The position numbers and the translations under genes were made by a program. Below the pieces are notes generated by a model that searched no databases, was not told the origin of the DNA, and saw only the letters and a list, made by a program, of their open reading frames with translations. A stretch of DNA of 64,000 nucleotides from NCBI RefSeq assembly GCF_006345805.1, contig NC_043011.1, forward strand, positions 34,050,464 to 34,114,463, read 5' to 3'. This document shows positions 52,263-64,000 of this stretch, one piece after another (within the stretch, counting starts at the first letter, position 1; the number at the start of each line of letters is the position of its first letter). This DNA comes from Octopus sinensis (taxonomy: Eukaryota).

Positions 52263-54305
52263 TGATGATGAAAATCAATGCTCGATGCTCTATAAATTAT
52301 ATTGAAAGAAACTTCAACAGAACACTATGATGTGTCTGGCAACATGATCATTATCACTATTATTATCGTTGTTATCAACATCGTCATATTGCTTTCTTGC
52401 ACTGGCAGAATGCCACAAATTTACAGGAGAAGAGTAAAGTCGATTTAAGCAAATCATAAAGATAGACAGCCAAGCTGACCCTGGCAGGATTTGAACTCAG
52501 AATGTTTAGGGTTGTGACTAGATACCAGAAATTAATTACTTTATCCACAAAACTAATTCTCTCTCTCTCTCTCTCTCTGTGCGTGTGTGTGTGTGTGTAA
52601 AGAAGTCATCAAAAAAGAAGAAATCGAAGGAGTCAAAGAAGAAGTAGAAGAAGATGATGATGATGATGACAATGGTGAAGAGGAGGAGGAAGCACAGAAG
52701 AAGAAGAAATCAGATTGCACTTTGCAGTATTCCATAACAAATGTTGCATCTTGCTTCTTACTCTCTTCTTAAACACAGAACCACCTTGAAGAGATGTTAA
52801 CAGGGGTGGAAAAGAAAAAAGAATATAATCAATATCAATCTTGTGACTAAAACAGCTGATTCAATGATGCGTCTCAGTTCGGACAAAGTCATATTCTACA
52901 TTAAAATCTTGATCGACATTTAGAGGTCATATTTTCTGTAATGAATTTCTCAGAGGCAAAAGGACAATCAATAATCAAACAGCCCCTCATAAAGAGCAAA
53001 AACCCACAATAAGACATACTGTATACAGAACAAGTAGTAAACGGTCACAGAGGGGTAGATACATTACAAGGGTTATTTAATTCAACAACCCAGTTTCAGT
53101 CCCTCCTGATTGCACCGCTTATTACAATTCACATGCATTCCCACTCGTTTTTATTCAGGGTATACCTTGAGGCCACCTGGACACCTCATTACCATTATCT
53201 CTTTGCAGCTCTTACTAATCATTCTCACCTTTCTTTCTAAATGCAAGTAGCCATGTAGCTCCTCTAACAACAAGAACCTGATCTGGCCTCCTCCACACAG
53301 CCTAAGCCTTTCTCTCTTATTCTAACCCCTTATCACCTAGGAAAAAGCTACCCTCACCCCTCAGGTTTAGTCTTACTAGCTGCACGACAACCCTCACTAG
53401 TGCCAGCGGGTTGAAAAAGAAGCACCCAGTACATTTATATAAGAGTAAAGTTGATTTAAGCAAATCTTAAAGATGGACAGCAAAGCTGGCCCTGGTGGGA
53501 TTGGAACTCAGAACGTATAGGGTGGTGACTAGATACCACAAATTAAATACTTTATCCTCAATACAAATTATCAATGTGTGTGTGTGTAAAGAAGTTGAAG
53601 AAGTCATCAAAGAAGAAGCCAAATAAGGAGAAGTGATGAATTTCTCAAATGCTGTAAAGTGGTTGGCATTAGGAAAAGCATCCAGCCACTGAAACTATGC
53701 CACTAGATTACATATAATTCAACCCTTTTGTTACCATATTGAGGAGTTGGAGGAGGAGGCAAGGAAGGGAGGAGGCGGGAGGAGGAACAGCAGCAGCAGT
53801 AGCAGCAGGAGGAGGGGAGGCATGGTTTCAGTGGCTGGATGCCTTTCCTAAAGCCAACCACTTTACAGCATGTACTGAGTACTTCTTTTCTGACTCACTG
53901 GCACTAGTGAGGTTGCCACGTAGCTTGTAAGACTATGAAACCTGAAAGGCAGGGGTGACTTTTTCCTAGGTGATAAGGGGTTACATTGCCTTTGCTTCAA
54001 TTGATTTTGAATATAATGGAAAGTTTAGCAAACAAATTTTGTCATTACTAAGCTGGTGTTTGGAATATAAATTATCTAGAAATGTTGATGGCAGTTTTTC
54101 ACTTTAAAACAAGGGTTTTATATAATAGAACCAAAGATGGCTCCCAGTGAGTTGATATCAAAACAGAAATCAGTGAATGACTGCATGCTTTTCATAGTCA
54201 AAAACTGATCCTGTAGTAAGAAAAAGCATATATGGTTAATGTGCTCTAGCTAAAAATACTTCTCACGGGGTCAGTTTAAATTCTCAAACTCTAAGGTCAA
54301 CATGT

Positions 54306-54852
54306 AGGTGCAGGCTTGGCTATGTGGTAAGAAGTTTGCTTCCCAACCATATGGTTCTACATGGTACCTTGGGCAAGTGACTTCTATAGCCTCAGGCTGA
54401 CCAAAGCCTGTGAGTGGATTTGGTAGACAGAAACTGAAAGGAGCCTGTCATGTGTGTGTGTGTCTGTACCCCACCACAGCTTAACAGCTGGTGTTGGTGT
54501 TAACATCTCTATAACTTAGCAATTTGGCAAAAGAGGCCAATAGATAGATAGATAGATATAGATAGATATAGATAGGTAGATAGACAGACATACAGACAGA
54601 TAGATAGATAGAGAGATAGATAGATAGACAGACAGATAGATAGATAGACAGGAAGATAGAGATAGATAGATAGATAGAGATAGATATCAGATAGACAGAC
54701 AGACACACAGATAGATAGGTAAGTAGGTAGATAGATAGATAGACAGTAGGTTTTAAAAAAAAAGAAAATCTACAGGTACTGATTTATTTGACTAAAAATT
54801 CTTCTAAGTGGTGCCCCAGTATGGCTACAGTCTGACTGAAACAAGTAAAAGA
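54306..54852 (+). mobile_element. SINE family A containing an internal about 200-bp (GATA/GACA)n expansion at 54541-54746
   Basis: SINE sequence is continuous on both sides of the array. Confidence 0.8.
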
Positions 54853-56429
54853 TTTGAAGGCGGCGAGCTGGCAGAAACGTTAACACGCCAGATGAACTGC
54901 TTAGCAGTATTTCGTCTGCTGCTTCATTCTGAGTTCAAATTCCGCCAAGGTCGACTTTGCCTTTCATCCTTTCGGGGTCGATTAAATAAGTACCAGTTAC
55001 GCACCAGTGTCGACAATCGACTTAATCCGTTTGTCTGTTCTTGTTTGTACCCCTCAATGTATAGCCTTTACTGCCCTTGTGGGCAGTAAAGAAATAAGAA
55101 TTAAGATACGAAACAAGTAAAAGAGGAAGAATGGTCATGGCCAAGAATAGCCTTTTATCATAGGCCAGTGCTCTCAAGACTGACATGGGGTCAAACAACC
55201 ACATTCGCTACACCATCTATATCCTTAAATCTATATAACATACTAATTATGTTTCTTTAATCCATCTACACCCAGCAGTTTGTTGGTATACTCTCTCTCC
55301 CTTACTTGTCTCTCTCTCTCTCTGTGCCTCATCTCTCTCTCTCTCCTCACTTCCCTCTCATTTGCCCCTCTCTCTCTCTCTCTCCCTCTCTGTTTTATTT
55401 ATCCAGTTCTTAAGATTTGAGAGATTTTAAATTAATTAACATGACTAACTTGTTTAAATATCTAAGTACTTAACACATTTGCTTGTCATGTAGTTGCCCT
55501 GATCTAATAATGAAGGTTATACATTACTTGTTATTCTAAGTTATTATTACTGACCCCTTTCCCTATCTTGGACAAGGTTAGAGTAAGGAGGGGTGAAAAA
55601 GAAGCAGTGAGGTCCTTGTTTTCCTTAAAGGCATTAATGAAACAATAAGGGAAAATTCCTTCCCCCACCCTCCTGACAAGATACTGAAATTAGAAAAACC
55701 AGTTTGCTTGTTGTAACATCTGGCATCACATTAAAAACCATCTAATCATTACCCTGACAAGAAATAATCCATTTTAATTAGGCATAAATTAAGGTTGATG
55801 AGAAGCTATGATATTGATGACATTCCAGAGACATTAACGAATTAAATGATGAACTATCAAGGGAGCCTCTACATTGGTGCTCAGCCTACTTCAAGTGTCA
55901 ATGAATAGAAGGGTATTTTGGAGAATGTATCCCAAGATATACTATGCTTTAAAAAAAATATAAACAAGATGGCCAAGGGTGGAATGCTTTTAACCATAAC
56001 TCAGCTCAATTAGAAATGACCTGGGGTTAAACAACAATAACAAATAAAGCTGGGGCTTCTTTTGTATTTGGTTTGCAATTTAAGGAAGAGGGTGTTAATC
56101 AAATTGACCCTCGTACTTGACTGGTACTTTATTTTATCAACCATGGGGGCATGAAAGGCAAGATGACCTCAAGAGGATTTGAATGCACAGCATAAACAGT
56201 TAGAAGTAATGCTGCTAAGCATTTCATCCCAAGTGCCAACAATTATGCCAAATAAATAGCTGGGCCTGTGAAAACTTCAAGGAAAACATAAAAAATGTAA
56301 GCATCTGTAAATATAGACTTCATTTAATAAATATCGAATAACCACCTGTGCTTAGCACCTTTTATTGTGTTTTTCTTTGTACCTCTCCCTTCAACTGTAG
56401 AAAAGTAGCAGTACCATTCACAGCTATTT

Positions 56430-56432
56430 GCT

Positions 56433-56503
<71 letters not shown>

Positions 56504-56685
56504 ACAGATAGGCAGACAGATAGAGATAGACAGACAGATAGACACACAGACATAGATAGATAGATAGATAGAGATAGATAGATAGATAGATAGATAGAAA
56601 GAGATAGATAGAAATAGATAGAGATAGATAGAAATAGATAGACAGACAGACAGATAGACACACAGACAGACAGACAGACAGACAG
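56430..56685. repeat. Compound (AG)/(GACA)/(GGCA)/(GATA) microsatellite
   Basis: Direct reading. Confidence 0.93.
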
Positions 56686-57518
56686 GTAACATTTCTTTTT
56701 GCAATTTCCATATTTTCAACTGCTTTATCATATCTCATCGAAAAGTCTTCCAGAGTTTTCTCTATGACAATATAAGAATGGTTTCATTGTCTTTCACTAT
56801 TAATCCCTCATCTTTGCCACTTTGCCTCCCACTTCAACTATACTTCCTCTACTTAACAAGTTTTATTTCTCTCTTTTTACCTTTCCCTTTCAAGTAAAGT
56901 GTGACACACACCACAAGTATATACGTAAGAATTAGCATATTAACATTTAATATCACTATCTCTCTCCCATCATAATACTTGTGTTACAATGACACCATAC
57001 CATTAGGTTTATCCACGTTCTATTCCTCCCTCTTCATTGTTAGCAATCACTTTTCATCACCCTCCTCCATCACTCAATGACATCCTTCACAATCCATCTC
57101 TCTCCCCCATCACCCACCATCATTACTATTCATAACACTTATTCACATTATTCTTTCCTTCTAACACACTTCATTACATGTCTCTATATATCTCTTTCTA
57201 TCTTTCTCTCTCTTCCATTCATTCATTCTCTTCATTGCTCATGCTGTTTCTATTCAATCTCCTTACCAACAATCACTATGTAGCTGTCCATCTCTCTCAT
57301 TTGTTTCTTCCATTAATCTCCCCTCTATCACCCTCTCATTCTGGTCTTCTTTCATCACCCTCTTTCCTACTTGCCCAGTAAGAGACAACCATTTAGTGAA
57401 CAAACATAGACAACATAGAGCAAAGAGGACTCTTTAATCTCACTTAAACACAACAACCTCTCTAGTGTAGGTGCCACAAAGACAATGAAAAAACAATAAG
57501 AGGAAAAGATTAAATTAC

Positions 57519-57537
57519 CTGCTACTGATCCAGCCAT
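57519..57537 (-). CDS. ITSN: Intersectin first coding exon (MAGSVA + G); whole exon 57519-57575 with 38 nt of 5'UTR
   Basis: Minus strand reads ttttgtttatttcag|CTTGATCTCTGAAG...GTCATC ATG GCT GGA TCA GTA GCA G|gtaatt. It has a strong Kozak context (A at -3, G at +4) and an in-frame upstream TGA. The phase-1 end fits the next exon (G|GG). Vertebrate ITSN1 also has a short ATG exon ending in phase 1. Confidence 0.8.
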
Positions 57538-58170
57538 GATGACAATAGATGTCTGGCAACACTTCAGAGATCAAGCTGAAATAAACAAAAGAAAAAAGTA
57601 ACATTATTTAATAGTCACTAAATAAATGTAACAGTAACAAAATTAGGTAAATAAGTTATGATGAACCACTACCAGCTCATTAGTCTTACAACTATAAACT
57701 ATCAGTACCCTCTAGGTGATGTGTATCAAACGGCTTGAAATAGCAAGCAAGTTCCCCACAGGTCACACTCCTAGGCAAGAACACACTGGACAATGTAAGT
57801 TAGATGCTGATATACAAAAGGACACGATGGTCATGTCAGAGAAGACCTGGAGATAAATGTCATTAAAGAACATACAGATTGCAGGCATAGCATTTTCCTA
57901 AAGAAGTTTGCTTCCCATCCACATGGTTTTGGATTCAATGTCACGGCATGACCCCTTGGGTAAGTGTCTTCAATTTTAGCCGAGGGCTGACTAAACCCTT
58001 GGAAGAGGATTTAGTAAATGCAAACTAAAAGCTTGTGTGTGTATGTTTATGGTTGTATGTATGCATATATGCAACGTTGTGTATGCAAGGTTGTCTCTGT
58101 GCATATATATGCACAGACACGTATCTGTATATGCAGTTATATTTGTGTGTATGCATGGCTGTGTATGTAT

Positions 58171-58286
58171 GTGTGTATGCACAGTTGTGCATGTGTGTAT
58201 ACACAGTTGTGCATGTATGTGTATGCACAGTTGTGCATGTGTGTATACACAGTTGTGCATGTGTGTATGCATGCACGGTTGTGCAT
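58171..58286. repeat. 22-26 bp tandem repeat, five units (GTGTGTATRCACAGTTGTGCAT)
   Basis: Units start at 58171, 58193, 58215, 58239 and 58261. Confidence 0.88.
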
Positions 58287-58844
58287 ATGCACGTGTACAT
58301 GCAAGTGTGCATGTGTTTCCTTGTCTTGCCATTACACAACAGTTATAAACTTATGTCACCATCATACATGCACAATCCTTCATTTCTAATTTTTTGTGTA
58401 AGCATTTCTGGGAAGGAAGAAATATCTTGCTTCGAAACAAGCTGGCAACTGGCAACAATGACATCCAGCTGCATCAACGAGTTCCATCTGGCCCATGTAG
58501 GTATGGAAAAGTGGACGTTAAAATGATGATGATGACAATTTTAGAGGGGGGGAAATTTAAGATATTTAATTCCATATAGTCTCAGGTCACTTAGCTGTGG
58601 CAACATCAAATCCGTCAACAGACGGCACTTGCAAGACAGTTTAACATCCTATCCAGAGAGGGACAATGCCATTCTAGAACTAGACTGTACACGGATTTCT
58701 TTTTTAAACAGAATCGAGTTCAATATTTTGCTTTGTGATTTTCACTCCTCTTTTTGATTTTTAACACACAAGCATTCTTTAGATGTCAAATCCAAGTAAC
58801 ACGTGTCAGAAAGCTATGTCACATTGCATACAACATATATATAT

Positions 58845-59873
58845 AAGGCAGCAAATTGGTTGAACTGTTAGTGAATCACACAAAATGTTTACTGGCATTT
58901 CTTCTGGTTCTTAATGTTCTGGGTTAAAATTCTTTTGGAGTCAACGTTGCTTTGAAATTTTTTCGGGGTCAGTGAAATAAGTACCCACTAAATGCCTGGG
59001 TTGATGTAACTAACTTACACCTTCCTTGTGCCAAAATTTGAAATCAAGCTGGCAGAATCATTAGCATGCCAGGCAAAATGCTTGGTAGTGATTTGTCCAT
59101 CCTTACATTCTGAGTTCAAATTCTGCCAAGGTTGATAAAATAAGTACCAATTGAGCAGGGAGGGGGGTGATCAAATCAACTTACCCCCTCCCACAAAACT
59201 GCTGGCCTTGTGCCAAGTTTGAAACCATTATTATCATTATTATTACTGAGGTAGCAAGCTGGCAGAATTATTAGCATGCCAGGTGACATTCTTAGTGGAA
59301 TCTCATCCGTTTTCACATTCTGAGTCCAAATTCTGCTGAGGTTGATTTTGCACTTCATTTTTTCGAGGTTAATAAAATAAGTACCAGTTGAGTACTAGGG
59401 TCGGTGTAATCAATTAGTCCCCTCCACCCAAAATTTCAGACTTTGTGGCTTTAGTAGAAAGGATTATTATTATTATTATTATTACACACAATTTCTACAA
59501 AAGTTTGCAATTTTTTTTCCGATATAAAGTTCTAATTTGAACTGAATGATAAAACAAAAAAATCCTAAACTTTTGCAGAAATCATGCATAATGTCATTAT
59601 TTTTTTAAGCTTTAGCAATGAAACTATTATTATTATTATCACTATTATTATTATTATTAAGGCAATGAATTGACAGAATCGTTAGCACACCAGGCAAAAT
59701 GCTTTGTGGCATCTAGTCCAACTTTACATTCTGAGTTCAAATTCCGCTGAGGTTGACTTTGCCTTCCATCTTTTCGGGGTTGATGAATTAAGTACTAGTT
59801 ACACACTGGGATCGATGTAATCAACTGATCTGTTCCCCAAAAATTTCAGTACTTGTGCCTATGATAGAAAGGA

Positions 59874-59906
<33 letters not shown>

Positions 59907-60660
59907 GAAAAGGCCTGAAAAAAGCTTGTGTGTTTTCAACAAGCCAAACTCCAGCATCGTCAACATTAAATGGCAGGACCAATGTACCAACAACAAAGTC
60001 CTCAATCACTCAGAAATGCCAAACATTGAAGCTGCTATCCTCAAGCATCACTTCAGGTGGTCAGGACATGTCATCTAAATGACCCCTTCGAGACTCCCAT
60101 GGAGTATCTTCTACAGCAAGCTCATTAATCACAAATGACATCAAGGAGCCCCAGAACAAAGATTCAAAGACCAACTGAACTCCTCCCTCCTTCAAGCGAG
60201 AATCAGCCCTAACACCTGGGAAACAGAAACTGTCTGACGTCCATCCTGGTAAAAAGCAATTCATTTTAGTTGTTTCACTTTGAAGGAGGAGAGAAAGACT
60301 AAAGAAGAAGTAAACGGAAGGTAGTGCATGGCCTTGCAACAGCAGCCCAAGACCACCACCTGTCTTTCATCCCAACTTGGCCTTCAGATGAACCAAACTC
60401 AGACACAAATGGTGCCAATAGACTGACGGATGAACAGATTATTATTATTATTATTATTAATATAATTATTATTAAGACGGTGAGATGGCAGAATTGTTAT
60501 CACACTGGACGAAATGCTTAGCGGTATTTTGCCCACCACTACATTCTGAGTTCAAATTGCACCAAGGTTGACTTTGCCTTTCATCCTTTCGTATCAACTA
60601 GTCCACTCCTGCCCAAATTTCAGGCCTTGTGCCTATAAGGATTATTATTATTATTATTCC
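58845..60660 (+). mobile_element. Cluster of five same-orientation SINE family D copies with (ATT)n tails; another copy at 54857-55030
   Basis: A shared AGCTGGCAGAA...TTAGCA...CATTCTGAGTTCAAATT...GTTGACTTTGCC...AATAAGTACC module starts near 58846, 59046, 59250, 59660 and 60474. Confidence 0.8.
59910..60410 (+). mobile_element. RTE (BovB-like) LINE 3' fragment with stop codons
   Basis: Translates IVNIKWQDQCTNNKVL...HFRWSGHVI*MTPSRLPWSIFYSKL...QRFKDQLNSSLLQARISPNTWE. Confidence 0.88.
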
Positions 60661-61828
60661 TTATTTATTTATTTGTTTGTTTGTTTTAGTTAGACAGGAA
60701 AACAGCTAAGCCTCTTAAAACTAAGCTCTTAAACTGAGAAATAAGCCCTCTAAATTTGAGCATACATTCTAAATTTCAACATGGGATGGACGTAGTGACC
60801 CAGCCTTAAAACAAGTGCATTACAGCAGTAAATAAAATGGTTCCAATTGAGAATTGACCCAAATGTAATACAGAAAACATAGATTGTATTAGATATAGCA
60901 AGACCAAATTTGAGAAAATAAAGAGAAACAGCTGTTTCAGTTTGCTGCTGTTAAGATTTATTATATAATTCATGTTAAAAATCTTAGAAGTAAATTCATA
61001 TACAACTGTTATGTTTTAAACTTAAGAGGAGGACTCACTATGTAAGGCTTACATTTCAAATTGATTAAAAAGAGGACATGGGATGGTGTAATGCTTGCAA
61101 CTAACCCTAATGACATCAACAGAATTTTAGCTAACTAGAAAACCTTTATGTGGGAGTCCAACTGCTGAGATATAGTATTCGAGTCTATCTCAAATTTCAA
61201 TGATTTTACAAATACAGGACATGTTGAATAATGTAGTCCTTGATATGTCTAAAAACACAAGAGCGGGAAGGTGGTGACTGATAAGTCCATTTTTTGATCA
61301 AGGCTTACCTGTGGCTAAACAACATCAGAACAAATGAAATGGCTCTAAATGCAAACCACCAATTATAATGGATTCATACATATAACTCAATTACATGGTT
61401 TCAAGTTCAATCCCATAGCATGGCACCTTGGGTAAGTGCCTTCTACTATAGCCCAGCGCCAACCAAAGCCTTGTGAGTGGATTCGGTAGACAGAATTTAA
61501 AAGTCCATTGTGTGTATGAATGTGTGTGTGTGTGTGTGTGTGTGTATGCATGTCTGAGTGTACATGTATGCATGTGTGCATGCATGTATACAACCCATAG
61601 AATAACTACCTCAACAAACTTTGTCTGACACATGGGAGCATAGAAATGTGGACATTAAATGATGATGATGTATACACACGCACACACACACACTGCAATA
61701 GGCCCAGGCCTACCAAAGCCTTGAGTGGATTTGATAAATAGAACCTGAAAAAATGGTCATCATGGTGTGTGTATATATATATATATATATATGTATGTAT
61801 ATATATATGTATATATGTGTGTGTGTGT

Positions 61829-61890
<62 letters not shown>

Positions 61891-62641
61891 CACAGGTGCG
61901 GCTGTATGGTAAGAAGCTTGCTTCCTCATCACATGTGTGCATCTGTAATGTGTTGGTGTGTGGGTGTGCAGATGATGGTGTGTAGCATTGTCTCAACATC
62001 ACATGGCATCTGTAATTAGCACCATCATACAGGTGATGTTGTTTACTTTCAATCTGGCCACCAAGGAAAACTATCCCCTTTCTTGAAAACCGATTAGGGT
62101 TGGCAACAGGAAGGGGCATCCAGCCATGGAGAATCTGCCTCAACAAATTCCATCTGAACCATGCAAGCGTGCACGCACGCACACACAAGTTATAGGATAG
62201 CTTGCAGCCAAATGAAATAAAAAGAAAGAACAGTAGCAGAAAAGAAAAAGAACAATAGCAGAAATACCAACAAATGAATAGGGAAAAGAATAGGAAATAT
62301 CATTATTGCTTTATTGTAATTTCAACAAATAACTTCCATAATAAATATCATTTCACAATAACCAACTCAAATTTATATTCTCATTTACTTTGAAAATAAT
62401 CCATTAAAATGGTGCTTAAAATATTTTTTACAATCAGAATTCTGAAATAGGTTATTAAAAAACAATAGAATACAAAATGGCATTAACCATTATTGCGATT
62501 AGAATTTCAATTAGAAATGTCGTACAATTTCGATTTAAAGCTTCTAATGAAATGTCATCAAAAAAGACAATTTATATTGGAATGATGTTATATCTCATTT
62601 TACAGAGCTAAAATGCAGCATCCTTGCATACTGCTATCATT

Positions 62642-62678
<37 letters not shown>

Positions 62679-62689
62679 GTGTGTGTGTG

Positions 62690-63207
62690 TGTGTATCATC
62701 ATCTTTTAACATCCATTTTCCAAACTGCATGGGTTGGGCAGTTTGACCAGAGAGCTGCACCAGGCCCCACCTTGATTTGGCTTGGTTTCCAGAGGTGGAT
62801 GCCCTTCATAACATCAACTACTTTACAGTGTATGCTGGGTGCTTTTAACATGGCACTGGTGCCAGCATGAGTGCTTTTTACATGGCACGGCACGAGTGGC
62901 ACTGGCATAGAACTTCAGGCCAATCTTTTTCATCAAGGAGAGTGACCTTAACACATCTGTTGTACAGGACAGGTTTTGAGTACTGCAAGATGCCATGTAT
63001 CTTGGTCATTTGTCATCTCTTCCCAAAGGCTCAGTGTCTTGAGATCATCATTCAGTACTTCATCCTATGCCTTTCTGGGCCTCCTTCTTCTATGAGCTCC
63101 AACCAGTTTGAGTGATCAACACTTCTTTACTTTATGAAGCTGTCAAAATCCATCCACATCATATGACCAAGCCAGCACAGTCTTCTCTCTTGCACACTGC
63201 ATCTATA
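62690..63207 (-). mobile_element. 5'-truncated RTE LINE: ORF C-terminus plus diverged 3' UTR and (GAT)n tail
   Basis: VQERRLCWLGHMMWMD...RRRPRKA*DEVLNDDLKTLSLWEEMTNDQDTWHLAV, followed by the tail module. Confidence 0.82.
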
Positions 63208-64000
63208 CATACATAAACAATGACAATAACAATGACAAGTGTTCCGGCTGATCCAATCAATGGAACAGCCTGCTTGTGAAATTAACACGCAAGTGGCTCA
63301 GCTCTCCATAGACACACAAACCTTTCACATAGAATGTGACGAGGCTGGCCGTTTGAAAAAACAGGTACAACACATTTCTGCCAGCTGAGTGGACTGGAGC
63401 AGCATGAAATAAAGTATCTTGCTCAAGGACATAACATGCTGCTGGGAATCAAACTCACAACTGACCCTACGGTCACAAGCCAAATACCCTAACCACTAAG
63501 CCAATAGCCTCAGGCTGACCAAAGCCTTGTGAGAGGATCTGATAGATGGAAACTGAAAGAAGCCTGTCGTAAATATATATATATATTTGTGTGTAGGTCT
63601 GTGCTTGTCCCCATCACCATCACTTGACAACTGATATTGGTGTGTTTACATCCCCCGTAACTTAGCAGTTCAGCAAAAGAGACCGATAGAACCAGGCTTA
63701 CAAAGAATAAGTCCTGGGGTTGATTTGTTCAACAAAAGGTGGTGCGCCAGCATGGCCACAGTCAAATCACTGAGACAAGTGAATAAATGAAAATATAAGA
63801 TGGATTTGGTATTAAAACTTTATTCTGTACAACGTTCACTTCAACCTGTCCTGTTATTGTCCCTTATGTGTGGGACTCGGTTCAACATGTTGTGTTGGGT
63901 CCATTTTGCAGTCTGGATCTCCTCATGTACATCGAAGGATAAACTTGTGTCCCACTAAAGATCTCGAGCATCAGCTGCCATATTGTTATATGCCCGTCTG

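Larger units (their letters stand above)
7978..57575 (-). other. ITSN: Intersectin (ITSN/Dap160) gene, 5' portion; continues beyond the left edge of the window, 5' end/promoter not found
   Basis: Five exons with canonical AG/GT boundaries splice with matching phases (1,1,2,1) into an EH domain closely matching intersectin EH1 (W.IT.EER.KHD.QF..LKP..GFITG.QA..FF.QSGLP..VL.QIW.LADMN.DG.MD..EFSIAM.LIK.KLQGY.LP). Confidence 0.95.

Noticed and set aside
61300-61345. Minus-strand CACAG|GTAAGC as a 5'UTR exon donor or recursive splice site
   Set aside because: Plausible motif, but the polypyrimidine tract is weak and nothing else supports it; it needs RNA data.
57576-64000. Promoter or CpG island for intersectin
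   Set aside because: There is no CpG-rich unique region; the ATG exon has a splice acceptor, so the transcription start is probably further right, outside the window.

Overview
Repeat-rich, AT-rich animal genomic DNA. The repeat landscape (tRNA-headed SINEs, RTE LINE relics with (GAT)n tails, very long TA/CA microsatellites) looks like an octopus or other coleoid genome; this is an inference from recalled repeat types, not a database result. The only host gene I can support is the 5' part of an intersectin (ITSN/Dap160) gene on the minus strand. I reconstructed five GT-AG coding exons that splice in frame: 57519-57537 (ATG), 29795-29887, 27974-28037, 10659-10867 and 7978-8073. They give 160 codons: [102 protein letters not shown], followed by a Met-rich linker. 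The introns are 27,631, 1,757, 17,106 and 2,585 bp, and the gene continues past the left edge. The rest is intronic: a mariner relic, mariner-, hAT- and piggyBac-type MITEs (several with intact TSDs), two Helitron/Helentron-type non-autonomous elements, at least four SINE families, RTE fragments, minisatellites and microsatellites. Nearly all other ORFs in the supplied track are microsatellite or repeat artefacts. I found no CRISPR array, rRNA or true tRNA gene, and no clearly new multi-gene system. The most unusual signals are structural: two fold-back elements whose arms carry decayed hammerhead-ribozyme cores (Penelope pseudo-LTR-like), two near-perfect 52-58 bp hairpins, an E-box tandem array, a 160-bp satellite built from microsatellite sequence, and an uncharged Met-rich linker partly encoded by a frame-symmetric exon. 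Repeat boundaries are approximate unless a TSD or splice site is quoted.
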